Shown: positions 54,267 through 64,000 of the stretch, in pieces
Layout: each line of letters opens with the position of its first letter
How positions within the stretch are numbered: position 1 is the first letter of the stretch
NCBI GenBank assembly: GCA_943349945.1
Contig: CALQZS010000001.1
Span: 130,803-194,802 of the forward strand
Length of the DNA stretch: 64,000 nucleotides
Source: Candidatus Nomurabacteria bacterium
GTDB taxonomy: Bacteria; Patescibacteriota; Minisyncoccia; Phycocordibacterales; SBAW01
Direction: 5' to 3'
Notes under the pieces: model-generated
Database searches by the model: none
What the model was told of the DNA's origin: nothing
The model's input: only the letters and a program-made list of their open reading frames with translations
Program-made: the position numbers and the translations under genes

Positions 54267-54656
54267 TTACCAAATTTCAAACAGGGCTTCTCCGCCAACG
54301 CGCTTTATCTGCGCCTCTTTGCCTGTGGCTATACCCGCTGGAGTCGAGAGCACCAACAGACCGTGGCCGCGCTTGACTGGGCGCACATCGCGCACACCCA
54401 TGTAGATGCGGCGAGATGGCTTGGAGATGCGCTTTACGCCTTGGATAGTTGGCTTGCCGTCTTTGTAGGCAAGGACCACAGACAACACGCCACCTTTTTT
54501 AGACTTTTTGTCGACCGAAGCGATGTAGCCTTCGCGCTCCAAGATTTCGGCTATCGCAAACTTCATTTGAGAAAACGGCAAAGAAACAGTCTCTTTGCCC
54601 GCGCGAGACGCGTTTTGGAGGCGGATTATAAAGTCTGAAATTGAGTCAGTTACCAT
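54267..54656 (-). CDS. rpsH: 30S ribosomal protein S8
   Basis: 129 aa. Confidence 0.9.
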   Translation of the reverse strand: MVTDSISDFIIRLQNASRAGKETVSLPFSQMKFAIAEILEREGYIASVDKKSKKGGVLSVVLAYKDGKPTIQGVKRISKPSRRIYMGVRDVRPVKRGHGLLVLSTPAGIATGKEAQIKRVGGEALFEIW

Positions 54657-54835
54657 GATGATTTACGGACGCCCGGGATAAGCCCTTCGTTGGCTGCCTC
54701 GCGGAAGCAGGCGCGGCACATACCGAAGTCGCGCATAAAGGCGCGCTTACGGCCGCAGCGGAAACAACGACGAACAACACGCGAAGCGAACTTCGGTGTT
54801 TTGTTAGAGCGAGCTATAGTGGATTTTTTGGCCAT
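54650..54835 (-). CDS. rpsZ: 30S ribosomal protein S14 type Z (zinc-binding, 61 aa)
   Basis: [33 protein letters not shown]...C..C. Confidence 0.85.
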   Translation of the reverse strand: MAKKSTIARSNKTPKFASRVVRRCFRCGRKRAFMRDFGMCRACFREAANEGLIPGVRKSSW

Positions 54836-55018
54836 TATTGAATGGTTACTCCCCATGCCTTGGGAGTTACGATTCTGTCGGTTTGCCTCGCCTTGCGACT
54901 AAGCGGCACCTAACAGAAAAAAGGAGCCCTATGGGGCTAGAGGGATACTAGCACAGCCCCCCTTGGGGTGCAAGCAAAGGGCCAAAAACGCCTAGCTTAG
55001 GAGGATAATTGACAAAGC

Positions 55019-55046
55019 TGTGCGTAATGCTATAATTAATAAAAGA
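55019..55046 (+). promoter_or_regulatory. near-consensus sigma70 promoter (TTGACA-16-TATAAT) for the RlpA-like gene
   Basis: aaTTGACAaagctgtgcgtaatgcTATAATtaat. Confidence 0.45.
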
Positions 55047-55101
55047 GGAGGCGTGCGGCGAAATACTCGCATCTTCCCCACCACTGCAAGGACGTCGGTT
55101 A

Positions 55102-55521
55102 ATGAAGTCTGTACTAGTACTTATCGCTTTTGCACTGGCCACGCTACCCAGCCTCGCTAGGGCAGCATGTCCACTACAAGAGGGAGTACTGGTTGCGCGT
55201 GCAACCTACTACAACCTGCCGGGCAAACAGATGGCCAATGGCCGCAAGTTTGACCCAAAAAACAGTGCCATGGCAGCAACTCCAAAGAATTTCTTTCCTT
55301 TGGGGACAGTGCTGCTTGTCACCAACCCGTCGACCAGCAAATCTATCATTGTCCGCGTGACTGATAGGATGCCAAAAATACAGAGGTGGCGCATGCCCCC
55401 AAAAGCACAGCACATTACAACCAAGCAACGTCTAGACTTAACGCCACGCGGCGCGGACATCTTAGGGTTTTACCCGACCCAAGGTGTCGCCTGCGTCGAA
55501 GTCCGACCCCTTAGGGGGTAA
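55102..55521 (+). CDS. rlpA: RlpA-like double-psi beta-barrel (DPBB) lipoprotein/lytic transglycosylase-like protein
   Basis: Signal peptide, then ATYYNLPGKQMANGRKFDP...LPLGTVLLVTNPSTSKSIIVRVTDRMP. It lies antisense within the ribosomal protein cluster. Confidence 0.7.
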   Translation: MKSVLVLIAFALATLPSLARAACPLQEGVLVARATYYNLPGKQMANGRKFDPKNSAMAATPKNFFPLGTVLLVTNPSTSKSIIVRVTDRMPKIQRWRMPPKAQHITTKQRLDLTPRGADILGFYPTQGVACVEVRPLRG

Positions 55522-55524
55522 TTA

Positions 55525-55556
55525 AAAAGCCGTCGCAATTGCGACGGCTTTTCCCT
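55525..55556 (+). terminator. rho-independent terminator (first of two tandem hairpins)
   Basis: aaaagccgtcgcaattgcgacggcttttcc. A second hairpin, atacataggccgggcctatgtat plus a T-run, follows at about 55561-55592. Confidence 0.55.
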
Positions 55557-55582
55557 TTAAATACATAGGCCGGGCCTATGTA

Positions 55583-56122
55583 TTATTTTTTGAATGGGAG
55601 CCCCAAGTGCGCCAAGTAGGCGTGCGCTTGTTTTTTGCCTTTTGCAGTAGTAACGATAGTTACCGCCATGCCGAATACGTCCTTAAGCTCTTCGTCTGCA
55701 GTCTCGGGGAACACTGAGTGCTCGCGGATACCTAGGGTGTAGTTGCCCATCTCGTCGATTGCGGTTGCAGAGATGCCTTTAAAGTCTTTGGTGCGAGGAA
55801 GTGCCACGTGTATGAGGCGGTTAAGGAAGTCTTGTGCGCGTTTACCGCGGAGTGTTACTTGGTAGCCTACGCGGTCGCCGATACGTGTCTTGTAGGTAGC
55901 GATGGACTTCTTTGCACCGCGAGTCACCGGCTTTTGGCCAGTAATGGTTGCAAGACGCTTTGCCACCAGCTCGACTTTTTGCTTGTCCTTTGCCATCTTA
56001 CCCACACCCACAGAGACAACCACCTTGGCTACCTTAGGTACTTGCATGACGTTCTTCCACCCAAAGTCGGCTTTGAGCGCATCAAATGTTGTTTTTTGCT
56101 GTTCTTGTAAAAGGTTTGCCAT
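55583..56122 (-). CDS. rplE: 50S ribosomal protein L5
   Basis: 179 aa. Confidence 0.9.
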   Translation of the reverse strand: MANLLQEQQKTTFDALKADFGWKNVMQVPKVAKVVVSVGVGKMAKDKQKVELVAKRLATITGQKPVTRGAKKSIATYKTRIGDRVGYQVTLRGKRAQDFLNRLIHVALPRTKDFKGISATAIDEMGNYTLGIREHSVFPETADEELKDVFGMAVTIVTTAKGKKQAHAYLAHLGLPFKK

Positions 56123-56125
56123 ATA

Positions 56126-56410
56126 CTATTTTGTCTTAGCCGCTTTCTTACTGCCTGCCTGCGCAGACAGGCGCTCTTTGTGTGCTGCTGCGAGCATGAC
56201 CTTGCTTGCGCTGATAGGGTGCTGCTTGTCTATCACTTGGCCCTGCTGTCCTTCGCGACGAGGCTTTTGGTGCTTTTTGCGCATCCCTACCCCCTCCACA
56301 AGCACCATGCCAGTTTTTGGAAATACTTCCGTAACCTTGCCGGTCTTGCCCTTTTCGTTGCCCGAAAGGACGACCACCGCATCACCTTTTTTAATGTGTA
56401 GAGTATTCAT
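56126..56410 (-). CDS. rplX: 50S ribosomal protein L24
   Basis: KOW motif. Confidence 0.9.
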   Translation of the reverse strand: MNTLHIKKGDAVVVLSGNEKGKTGKVTEVFPKTGMVLVEGVGMRKKHQKPRREGQQGQVIDKQHPISASKVMLAAAHKERLSAQAGSKKAAKTK

Positions 56411-56421
56411 ATTGGTATGCG

Positions 56422-56802
56422 TTACACGACTTCTGGTGCGCGAGAGATAATAGTCTGGTAACCAAGCTCTTGCAGCTCGCGAGGTATTGGGCCAAAGATG
56501 CGACCTGCCTTTGGCTCTTTAGGACCCTTGCCGGTACCTTCGATAATAACCACGGCATTGTCGTCGAAGCGCAAGTACGAACCGTCTTTGCGACGAAATG
56601 GCTTGCGCTGGCGCACCACCACAGCCTTAAGCACGTCTTTTTTCTTGACCGCTTTGCGAGGCTCTGCAGTCTGCACAGACAACACCACTATCTCGCCTAT
56701 CTCTGCGTAGCGTTTCTTAGAACTTCCGGGAATCTTGAAAATGCGTCCAATCTTGGCGCCTGAGTTATCTGTAACTACAACGAGTGAGCGATCTTGAATC
56801 AT
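56422..56802 (-). CDS. rplN: 50S ribosomal protein L14
   Basis: 126 aa. Confidence 0.9.
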   Translation of the reverse strand: MIQDRSLVVVTDNSGAKIGRIFKIPGSSKKRYAEIGEIVVLSVQTAEPRKAVKKKDVLKAVVVRQRKPFRRKDGSYLRFDDNAVVIIEGTGKGPKEPKAGRIFGPIPRELQELGYQTIISRAPEVV

Positions 56803-56808
56803 ATAATT

Positions 56809-57054
56809 TTATGCAAACACAATTTCAAACGACTTACGCTTGGACAGCGGGCGGCACGAGCGGATGGTCACCTTCTCCCCTTCCTTGGCACGGTTGCCCG
56901 GGTTGTGCGCGTGGTATCGCTTGGTCTGGCGCATGTACTTTTTGTACTTAGGGTGCTTCACATAGCGCATCACCGACACCACAGCAGTATCCTGCATCTT
57001 GTCAGATACCACAGTGCCTTGGAGTGTTTTTTTGTTTGGGGTAGTTTTTTCCAT
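56809..57054 (-). CDS. rpsQ: 30S ribosomal protein S17
   Basis: 81 aa. Confidence 0.9.
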   Translation of the reverse strand: MEKTTPNKKTLQGTVVSDKMQDTAVVSVMRYVKHPKYKKYMRQTKRYHAHNPGNRAKEGEKVTIRSCRPLSKRKSFEIVFA

Positions 57055-57055
57055 A

Positions 57056-57256
57056 TTACTTTGTGTCGACTGGGCGCAGCTGCAGCTCGGTCAAGCCTCG
57101 CGCAATGGTTTTGCGGAGAGTCCGAGCAAGCTTCACATTGCGATTTTTACTCCCTGCGACGGAAAAACGCAAGGTGCGCAGTTCTTCACGCTTGGCAGCA
57201 ACCAAGGTTTGTATGTCTTGTGGAGTATGCTTTTTGAGTGTTGTTTTTTTAGTCAT
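57056..57256 (-). CDS. rpmC: 50S ribosomal protein L29
   Basis: Start MTKKTTLKKHTPQDIQTLVAAKREELRTLRF. The track ORF's N-terminal extension was discarded. Confidence 0.8.
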   Translation of the reverse strand: MTKKTTLKKHTPQDIQTLVAAKREELRTLRFSVAGSKNRNVKLARTLRKTIARGLTELQLRPVDTK

Positions 57257-57263
57257 GATGGTA

Positions 57264-57689
57264 TTAGTGGCCCGAGCGAGAAACAACTTTAGCCTTAAGT
57301 GGCAGCTTTTTAGCCGCACCTACAAGCGCTTTGGTAGCCACCGCGTCAGATACGCCGTCCACCTCGAACAAAACGCGGCCTGGCCAAATGTCTACCTCGT
57401 AGCCCACTGGGTCGCCCTTGCCTTTGCCGAGCTTAACCTCTGGAGGCTTCTGGGTAAAGGGCTTGTCTGGGAAGATGCGCACCCATGACTTGCCGGTTTT
57501 GCCCAAGTTGCGGGCAATAACCTTGCGGGCGCTCTCTATCTGGTTAGACCGCAAACGTGCGTGTGTTACCGCCTTGAGCGCATGGCTACCGAAGGCCACC
57601 GTAATACCACGAGACGCCACCATGTCTCGCTTGGGGTTGCGGCGCATAGTGTGCCATTTTCTAAATTTTACTTTTTTGGGGAATAACAT
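57264..57689 (-). CDS. rplP: 50S ribosomal protein L16
   Basis: 141 aa. Confidence 0.9.
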   Translation of the reverse strand: MLFPKKVKFRKWHTMRRNPKRDMVASRGITVAFGSHALKAVTHARLRSNQIESARKVIARNLGKTGKSWVRIFPDKPFTQKPPEVKLGKGKGDPVGYEVDIWPGRVLFEVDGVSDAVATKALVGAAKKLPLKAKVVSRSGH

Positions 57690-57706
57690 ACGGTTTTATA
57701 GATCGC

Positions 57707-58375
57707 TTACTCGTCCTTGCTGCCGGCAGCAAATACCTCGCCGCGGTAGATCCACACCTTGATGCCTATAACACCAAGCGGTAGGTTTGCGCGCTCGCGA
57801 GCATAGTCGATGTCTGAGCGGAAGGTTTGTAGCGGGATGCGGCCTTTCTTGAGCTCTTCTTTGCGTGACATAGAGCCGCCGCCGAGCATACCGCCCAAAG
57901 AGATACGCACACCCTTAACGTCGCGGTTTGCCATCACTTTTTCGATAGTCTGCTTGAGCACGCGGCGGAAAGGCATACGCTTTTCAAGCCCTTCGGCCAC
58001 CATGTAGGCCACAATAGCGGCGTTACTCTCGGGCGAGCGGATCTCTTCGATATCAAGCTTGATTTCCGGAGTTGGAAGTTTGCGTTTTGTAAGAAAAGAG
58101 ACGATTTTGTTTTTGAGCTTGAGTGAGCCCTCGCCTGAGCGGCCGATGATGAGGCCCGGGCGAGAGGTTTGTATCATGATGCGGAGTGTTTTTTCATTGC
58201 GCTCTATCTCGATGCCGCCAATGTGCATACCGCGAAGGTCTTTTTGCAAAAATTCACGGAGCAGGATGTCTGCTTTGAGATTCTGTTGGTACTTCTCGCC
58301 CACCGCAAACCAGCGATGACGCCAGTCACGCAAAATTCCTAAACGGTGTGCAAATGGGTGTACGATTTTAGACAT
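57707..58375 (-). CDS. rpsC: 30S ribosomal protein S3
   Basis: KH domain plus S3 C-terminal domain. Confidence 0.9.
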   Translation of the reverse strand: MSKIVHPFAHRLGILRDWRHRWFAVGEKYQQNLKADILLREFLQKDLRGMHIGGIEIERNEKTLRIMIQTSRPGLIIGRSGEGSLKLKNKIVSFLTKRKLPTPEIKLDIEEIRSPESNAAIVAYMVAEGLEKRMPFRRVLKQTIEKVMANRDVKGVRISLGGMLGGGSMSRKEELKKGRIPLQTFRSDIDYARERANLPLGVIGIKVWIYRGEVFAAGSKDE

Positions 58376-58379
58376 AATA

Positions 58380-58760
58380 TTATTTATCCTCCTCTGGCTG
58401 TGCCACAGAGGTTTTTGCTGCTTTTTTAGGCGCCTTTGGCCCTACGGTCAAAGTGATTTTGCTGCTCTTTTTGCGGATAGCCGATGCGCGACCGCGTGCG
58501 CGAGGCATCGAACGACGAAACACTACCCCACTGTTTACCTCGATAGTGGAGATAACCAGGTTTCGTGCGCCGCCCTCTATCCCAGCGTTTGCAACTGCAG
58601 ACTGGATGAGTTTTGCCATAGGCTCTGCGGCGCGCTTGGGCAAAGCAGAAAGCAGCGCGAGTGCGTGCTCCGCAGTTTTACCACGAACCAAGTCAGCAAC
58701 CAAGCGCACCTTGCGGGGCGACTGACGGTAGTTTTGAAGTGATGCGGTTGCGGTTGCCAT
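58380..58760 (-). CDS. rplV: 50S ribosomal protein L22
   Basis: 126 aa. Confidence 0.9.
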   Translation of the reverse strand: MATATASLQNYRQSPRKVRLVADLVRGKTAEHALALLSALPKRAAEPMAKLIQSAVANAGIEGGARNLVISTIEVNSGVVFRRSMPRARGRASAIRKKSSKITLTVGPKAPKKAAKTSVAQPEEDK

Positions 58761-58763
58761 AAA

Positions 58764-59120
58764 TTATTTCTTCTTTGCAGCGTCCTTGGTGCTTGCGGCA
58801 GCCTTGGCAGCCTGGGCTGAAGCAATTTCAGACTCCTTGGCCTTTTGCTCCATCTCTTTCTGCATTTTACCGCCGTGACGTACGAACTTCTTGGTAGGAG
58901 AAAATTCGCCCAAACGGTGGCCTACCATGTCTTCCGATACCAAGACCTCGACGTGTACGCGGCCGTTGTAGACCCCAAATTTAAAGCCAACCATCTCTGG
59001 GGCAATCTGGGAGCGGCGTGCCCACGTCTTAATAACCGCTGCGGTTTGCGGCTTTTGCCCCTCAAGCTTTTTGAGGAGTTTTTCATCTACGTATGGGCCT
59101 TTTTTGAGACTGCGTGCCAT
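58764..59120 (-). CDS. rpsS: 30S ribosomal protein S19 (with Lys/Ala-rich C-terminal extension)
   Basis: Start [12 protein letters not shown] at 59118-59120. Confidence 0.85.
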   Translation of the reverse strand: MARSLKKGPYVDEKLLKKLEGQKPQTAAVIKTWARRSQIAPEMVGFKFGVYNGRVHVEVLVSEDMVGHRLGEFSPTKKFVRHGGKMQKEMEQKAKESEIASAQAAKAAASTKDAAKKK

Positions 59121-59226
59121 GTTTTCGAAAATAAAACCCGCCAAGCGGGATTGGTGAGATAGTACAGGAAAGGGATTGAAGAGTCAACTAAAATGCAAAA
59201 CCCGGCTTTTTGCCGGGTTTTGTTTG

Positions 59227-60075
59227 TTACTGCTTCTTGCTTCGTTTGCCAACTTTGCGACGAGAGACGATAAGGTAGTTTGAATATTTCTTTGGAGAAC
59301 GGGTTTTTTGGCCCTTGCCCGATGGCTTACCCCAAAGGGTCTTTGCCCGGCGGAGACCGCGGCCCTGGCGGCCTTCACCGCCGCCGTGTGGGTGGTCTAC
59401 AGGGTTCATAGCGGTACCGCGCACAGTAGGGCGGATGCCCTTCCAGCGCGAGCGTCCTGCCTTGCCGAGTGTCACCAAGTGATGCTCGTCGTTGGACACC
59501 TCGCCCACTGTTGCCCAGCAAGTCTCCAACACTTTGCGTACCTCGCTGGATGGCATTTTGAGGTCTACATAGCCATTGTCGCGGGCAATAACCTCGATGT
59601 GTGTACCTGCCGAACGGCCAAGCTTGCCGCCGTTGCCGGGCTTGAGCTCGACGTTGTAGACAAAGCCACCGATAGGGATATTTTTAAGCTGTGTGCGGTT
59701 GCCGGGTGCAATTGGCGCATCCTCTGCAGTCACAATAGTGCTGCCGGCAATAACGGTGCCCGGGAGCAGTGCGTAGCGGCGCTCGCCGTCTTTGTAGAGC
59801 AAGAGGCCGATAAAGCCCGAGCGGTTTGGATCGTATTCGACAGTCTCCACAACTGCTGGGACGAGTTTTTTGTATGTAAAGTCTACCGCACGGTAGAGGC
59901 GTTTGTGTCCGCCGCCTTTGTGGCGCACGGTGATGCGGCCCGCGTTGTTGCGGCCCATGTAGCGTTTGCCGCCCTGGGTAAGGGCTTTGTGCGGCTCTGA
60001 CGCAGTCAGCTTGTCTTTAAAGCTGATGGTCGTCATGTGCCGACGTGATTTTGTGTATGGTTTGTATTTTTTCAT
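59227..60075 (-). CDS. rplB: 50S ribosomal protein L2
   Basis: 282 aa. Confidence 0.95.
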   Translation of the reverse strand: MKKYKPYTKSRRHMTTISFKDKLTASEPHKALTQGGKRYMGRNNAGRITVRHKGGGHKRLYRAVDFTYKKLVPAVVETVEYDPNRSGFIGLLLYKDGERRYALLPGTVIAGSTIVTAEDAPIAPGNRTQLKNIPIGGFVYNVELKPGNGGKLGRSAGTHIEVIARDNGYVDLKMPSSEVRKVLETCWATVGEVSNDEHHLVTLGKAGRSRWKGIRPTVRGTAMNPVDHPHGGGEGRQGRGLRRAKTLWGKPSGKGQKTRSPKKYSNYLIVSRRKVGKRSKKQ

Positions 60076-60082
60076 ACGATTA

Positions 60083-60370
60083 TTACACTACTTCAATAGT
60101 CTCTCCTTTTTTGAGGTAGACGTAGGCTTTTTTGCCACCAGCAGTTTGCCCCATGCGGTTACTCCCGCGTGCGCGCACCTGTTTGCGAGGCAAAGTAACC
60201 ATGCGCACCAGACGAGGCATCACCTTGTACAGTTCATGTACTGCTGCAGCCACCTCAAACTTGTTTGCGCCAGGAGCTACGTTAAATACGTACGCACCTT
60301 GTGCAGACAGGTAGGCACCCTTTTCGGTAATGCGTGGCGAGAGGATAATTTTTCCAGTGTGTTTTTGCAT
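60083..60370 (-). CDS. rplW: 50S ribosomal protein L23
   Basis: 95 aa. Confidence 0.9.
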   Translation of the reverse strand: MQKHTGKIILSPRITEKGAYLSAQGAYVFNVAPGANKFEVAAAVHELYKVMPRLVRMVTLPRKQVRARGSNRMGQTAGGKKAYVYLKKGETIEVV

Positions 60371-60374
60371 AGTA

Positions 60375-61088
60375 TTATTGCGCCTTTACTATCTTTTTCT
60401 TCGACAGCGTCTCAAACGCAGCCTCAGGGTTGGCGATGATGAGGTACTTGGTGGAAAGGACGCTGAGTGGGTTTAGGTTACGCACCTCTTCCACCACTAC
60501 GTTACCGATGTTACCAAAGCTCTTCATGGTTGGGATATGTGCTACTGGCAAGGCCAGCAATGCTGCGTTGCGCTTTTTGTCGAGCGCAAACCCTGCCTTA
60601 GACAAGCCATGCATGATGTTTTTTGCCTGTGCAGTCTTTGGCACCTCAAGTTCGAGAGAGTCAACAAAAATAATCTCTCCGTCTTTTGCTTTGCGCGACA
60701 ACACCACGAGCAATGCCTTTTGGCGTGCCTGGCGGTTTATCTTTTGTGCGTAAATCTTTTCGTTGCGAGGACCGTGTGTCATACCGCCGCCCTTCCAAAT
60801 TGGAGAACGTGATGAACCATGGCGGGCACGGCCGGTGCCTTTTTGCTTCCAAGGCTTTTTGCCGCCGCCTTGCACCTCGCCACGGTCTTTGGTGTGCGCA
60901 ATAGGGCCGCGTGCATTTGCCTGCATCGCAGTGGTGGTCAAGTGCACCAAGTCAGCATTCCAAGGAAGGCCGAAGATGCTCTCGGGCAAGTCCACTGTCC
61001 CCTTCTGTACACCAGCACTGGTGTACAGTGGCGCTTGAAGCGCACCTGTAGGCATTTTTTCTTTTTTTGTTTTAGTAGTCTTTTCCAT
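60375..61088 (-). CDS. rplD: 50S ribosomal protein L4
   Basis: 237 aa. Confidence 0.9.
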   Translation of the reverse strand: MEKTTKTKKEKMPTGALQAPLYTSAGVQKGTVDLPESIFGLPWNADLVHLTTTAMQANARGPIAHTKDRGEVQGGGKKPWKQKGTGRARHGSSRSPIWKGGGMTHGPRNEKIYAQKINRQARQKALLVVLSRKAKDGEIIFVDSLELEVPKTAQAKNIMHGLSKAGFALDKKRNAALLALPVAHIPTMKSFGNIGNVVVEEVRNLNPLSVLSTKYLIIANPEAAFETLSKKKIVKAQ

Positions 61089-61102
61089 AAAAATATTCTG
61101 GT

Positions 61103-61768
61103 CTAGCCACGCACTTCGACAAGCGTGCCTGGGCGACCAGGTATTGCCCCCGCTATCACCAGCTCGTTTGTGCCAGGATGCACCTGCAGCACACGCAAAT
61201 TGCGCACTGTTACTTTGTCGCTACCCATGCGGCCTGCCATGCGCATACCCTTGGCCACACGACCGCCGGCACGACCACCGCCGCCGCCGATAGAACCAGG
61301 CGAGCGCTCGGAGTGCTTTTGACCGTGGGAGCGTGGGCCGCCGTGGAATCCATGGCGCTTTATAACACCTTGGAAGCCTTTACCTTTGGAGGTTGCCGAC
61401 ACCGTAACGGTGTCCCCTTCTGCAAAAGCCGACACATCGACTGTTGCACCTGCTTCAACGCCTGCAGGCAGTTGACCGTCGCGCTGGCGCATTTCTTTAA
61501 AGTGTTTGAGCGCTTTGCCCTTAGCGTGGCCAAGCTGTGCTTTGTTGACACGGACGTCTTTTGTTTCGACTGCGCCAATTTGCACCGCGTTGTAGCCGTC
61601 TTTTTCGACTGTTTTGACTTGAGTCACCAAAACGGGTGCTGCCACCACCACGGTTGCAGCAAAAGCCCGGCCGTCTTCTGTAAAGACGGTCGTCATTTTA
61701 CCTTTTGTGCCAAGTATAAATTTAACCATGTTGTCTATTGGTCCCTTCTGGGCAAGCGCCCGGGACAT
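61103..61768 (-). CDS. rplC: 50S ribosomal protein L3
   Basis: 221 aa. Confidence 0.9.
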   Translation of the reverse strand: MSRALAQKGPIDNMVKFILGTKGKMTTVFTEDGRAFAATVVVAAPVLVTQVKTVEKDGYNAVQIGAVETKDVRVNKAQLGHAKGKALKHFKEMRQRDGQLPAGVEAGATVDVSAFAEGDTVTVSATSKGKGFQGVIKRHGFHGGPRSHGQKHSERSPGSIGGGGGRAGGRVAKGMRMAGRMGSDKVTVRNLRVLQVHPGTNELVIAGAIPGRPGTLVEVRG

Positions 61769-62068
61769 GGATCAACTCTATGTGAGAGTCCAAGAGACTA
61801 TACACCAGGGCAATTTAGTATGCAAGGCCACGGGGCACACACAACAAAACCCACCAAAATGGTGGGTTTTGTTGTAGAAATTTCTTTTATTGGTACTCGA
61901 TGCCACGACGTCCACCTTGGAAACCCTAAGAAAGACGTACCCTCGGGCTGTTTGAGACCCAATAAAAAAATCCGAGACATTCTCTCAGACGAAATTCTGA
62001 CTTGCTCGTGATCACGAACTAATGAGCAACTTTTATTGAGTATACAGCAAACCATACATGTTGCAAAC

Positions 62069-62096
62069 AAAAAACTCCGCCAAAGCGGAGTTTTTT
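62069..62096. terminator. rho-independent terminator between rpsJ and rplC
   Basis: aaaaaactccgccaaagcggagtttttt. Confidence 0.55.
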
Positions 62097-62111
62097 GTGG
62101 ATAGAGGTTAC

Positions 62112-62483
62112 TTAGACCATTTTGACATCAATCGTCACACCCGATGGGAGCGACAAGTTTGTCAGCGCTTCAATAACTTTTGGCGCTGGGTCTAGGATGT
62201 CTATCAATCGTTTATGAATGCGCATCTCAAACTGCTCGCGTGCGTCTTTGTAGACGAAGGTTGAGCGGTTTACGGTGTACTTTTTTATCTCTGTAGGAAG
62301 CGGTATCGGGCCTGCAATTTTGGCATCATAGCGGAGCGCCGTGTCCATGATTTGGCGCACTGACGTATCAAGCACCTTGTGCTCGTAGGCACGTACTTTG
62401 ATGCGCAGACGCTGTACTTGGGCAGGAGCTGCTGCCTTGCGAGGCCGCTTTACGGGAGTCTTTTTTGTTTCTTCGGTAGCCAT
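62112..62483 (-). CDS. rpsJ: 30S ribosomal protein S10 (with basic N-terminal extension)
   Basis: 123 aa. Confidence 0.9.
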   Translation of the reverse strand: MATEETKKTPVKRPRKAAAPAQVQRLRIKVRAYEHKVLDTSVRQIMDTALRYDAKIAGPIPLPTEIKKYTVNRSTFVYKDAREQFEMRIHKRLIDILDPAPKVIEALTNLSLPSGVTIDVKMV

Positions 62484-62588
62484 ATTTTTTATTGAGTCTA
62501 GTTCTCTCCGACCTTGCGGAGTAACCTATACCCGGTTAGCTTACTCACTAATAACAGTACGCAACTTCTATTTAATTTAAAATAGTCG

Positions 62589-63788
<1,200 letters not shown>

Positions 63789-64000
63789 ATACTAACTACT
63801 TCTAAATCGATTAATAAGTGCCGAGATTAAACCCTTCGTTTGCCATACATCCGCCCCAAGGGAGCTAGATTTCTGAACAAACAAACAGGGCAAACAAAGG
63901 AAAACCACGCACGGATGCGTTCTCGCCATGATAGCAAACCCACACAAAGAGTCAATGCGCCCACCCCTATCCGGGAGTAGGCGCATCGCGCTTTTTAGAG

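Overview
This 64 kb bacterial window is about 55% GC, gene-dense, and mostly transcribed on the minus strand. The housekeeping layout suggests a reduced CPR/Patescibacteria (Saccharibacteria-like) genome: the rpsE-rplO junction lacks rpmD (L30), S14 is the short Zn-ribbon type, and S5, S10 and S19 carry extensions. That placement is inference only. The ORF track appears to allow TTG/GTG starts and often over-extends N-termini, so I re-called several starts by hand.

Main blocks, in order:
(1) 1-12.8 kb: a complete type IV pilus / competence locus. It has six prepilin-type genes, the prepilin peptidase PilD, PilC/PilT/PilB, PilO/PilN/PilM and a ComFC-like gene. A REP-flanked RAYT (IS200/IS605-family Y1 HUH transposase-like) gene is inserted between the pilin block and pilC.
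(2) 12.9 kb: a GcrA-like cell-cycle regulator homolog, then an RdgB/ITPase gene, a hypothetical gene, and two membrane-protein genes (DUF1295, DUF2177).
(3) 15.6-25.3 kb: a lower-GC accessory island. It carries SOUL heme-binding, fasciclin, pterin dehydratase, FAD oxidase and photolyase-related genes, two divergent type-II tRNA-Ser genes (one with an apparent ACU anticodon), tRNA-end fragment scars, a class II Fic gene and Maf.
(4) 26-31.6 kb: an ECF sigma / anti-sigma / ABC-2 exporter / membrane protein / fused L,D-transpeptidase + D,D-carboxypeptidase operon.
(5) 31.7-32.8 kb: a consensus sigma70 promoter, a ~360-nt hairpin-rich leader, a 130-aa hypothetical ORF, and a textbook type III hammerhead ribozyme just before a terminator. 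This is the most novel-looking element in the window.
(6) Malic enzyme, RecG, tRNA-Ile(UAU), pyrB, a pyrD-like gene and ftsH. Then smpB, a GIY-YIG cassette and ssrA; the tmRNA tag is ANDFQFAFARA. Then infC-rpmI-rplT.
(7) A beta-CASP nuclease + LOG/SLOG-like pair, a second RAYT with its own REP family, then ndk-map-adk-gmk-secY and the ribosomal protein cluster through rpsJ to tuf. A divergently oriented RlpA-like gene sits inside that cluster.

No rRNA or CRISPR array was found.
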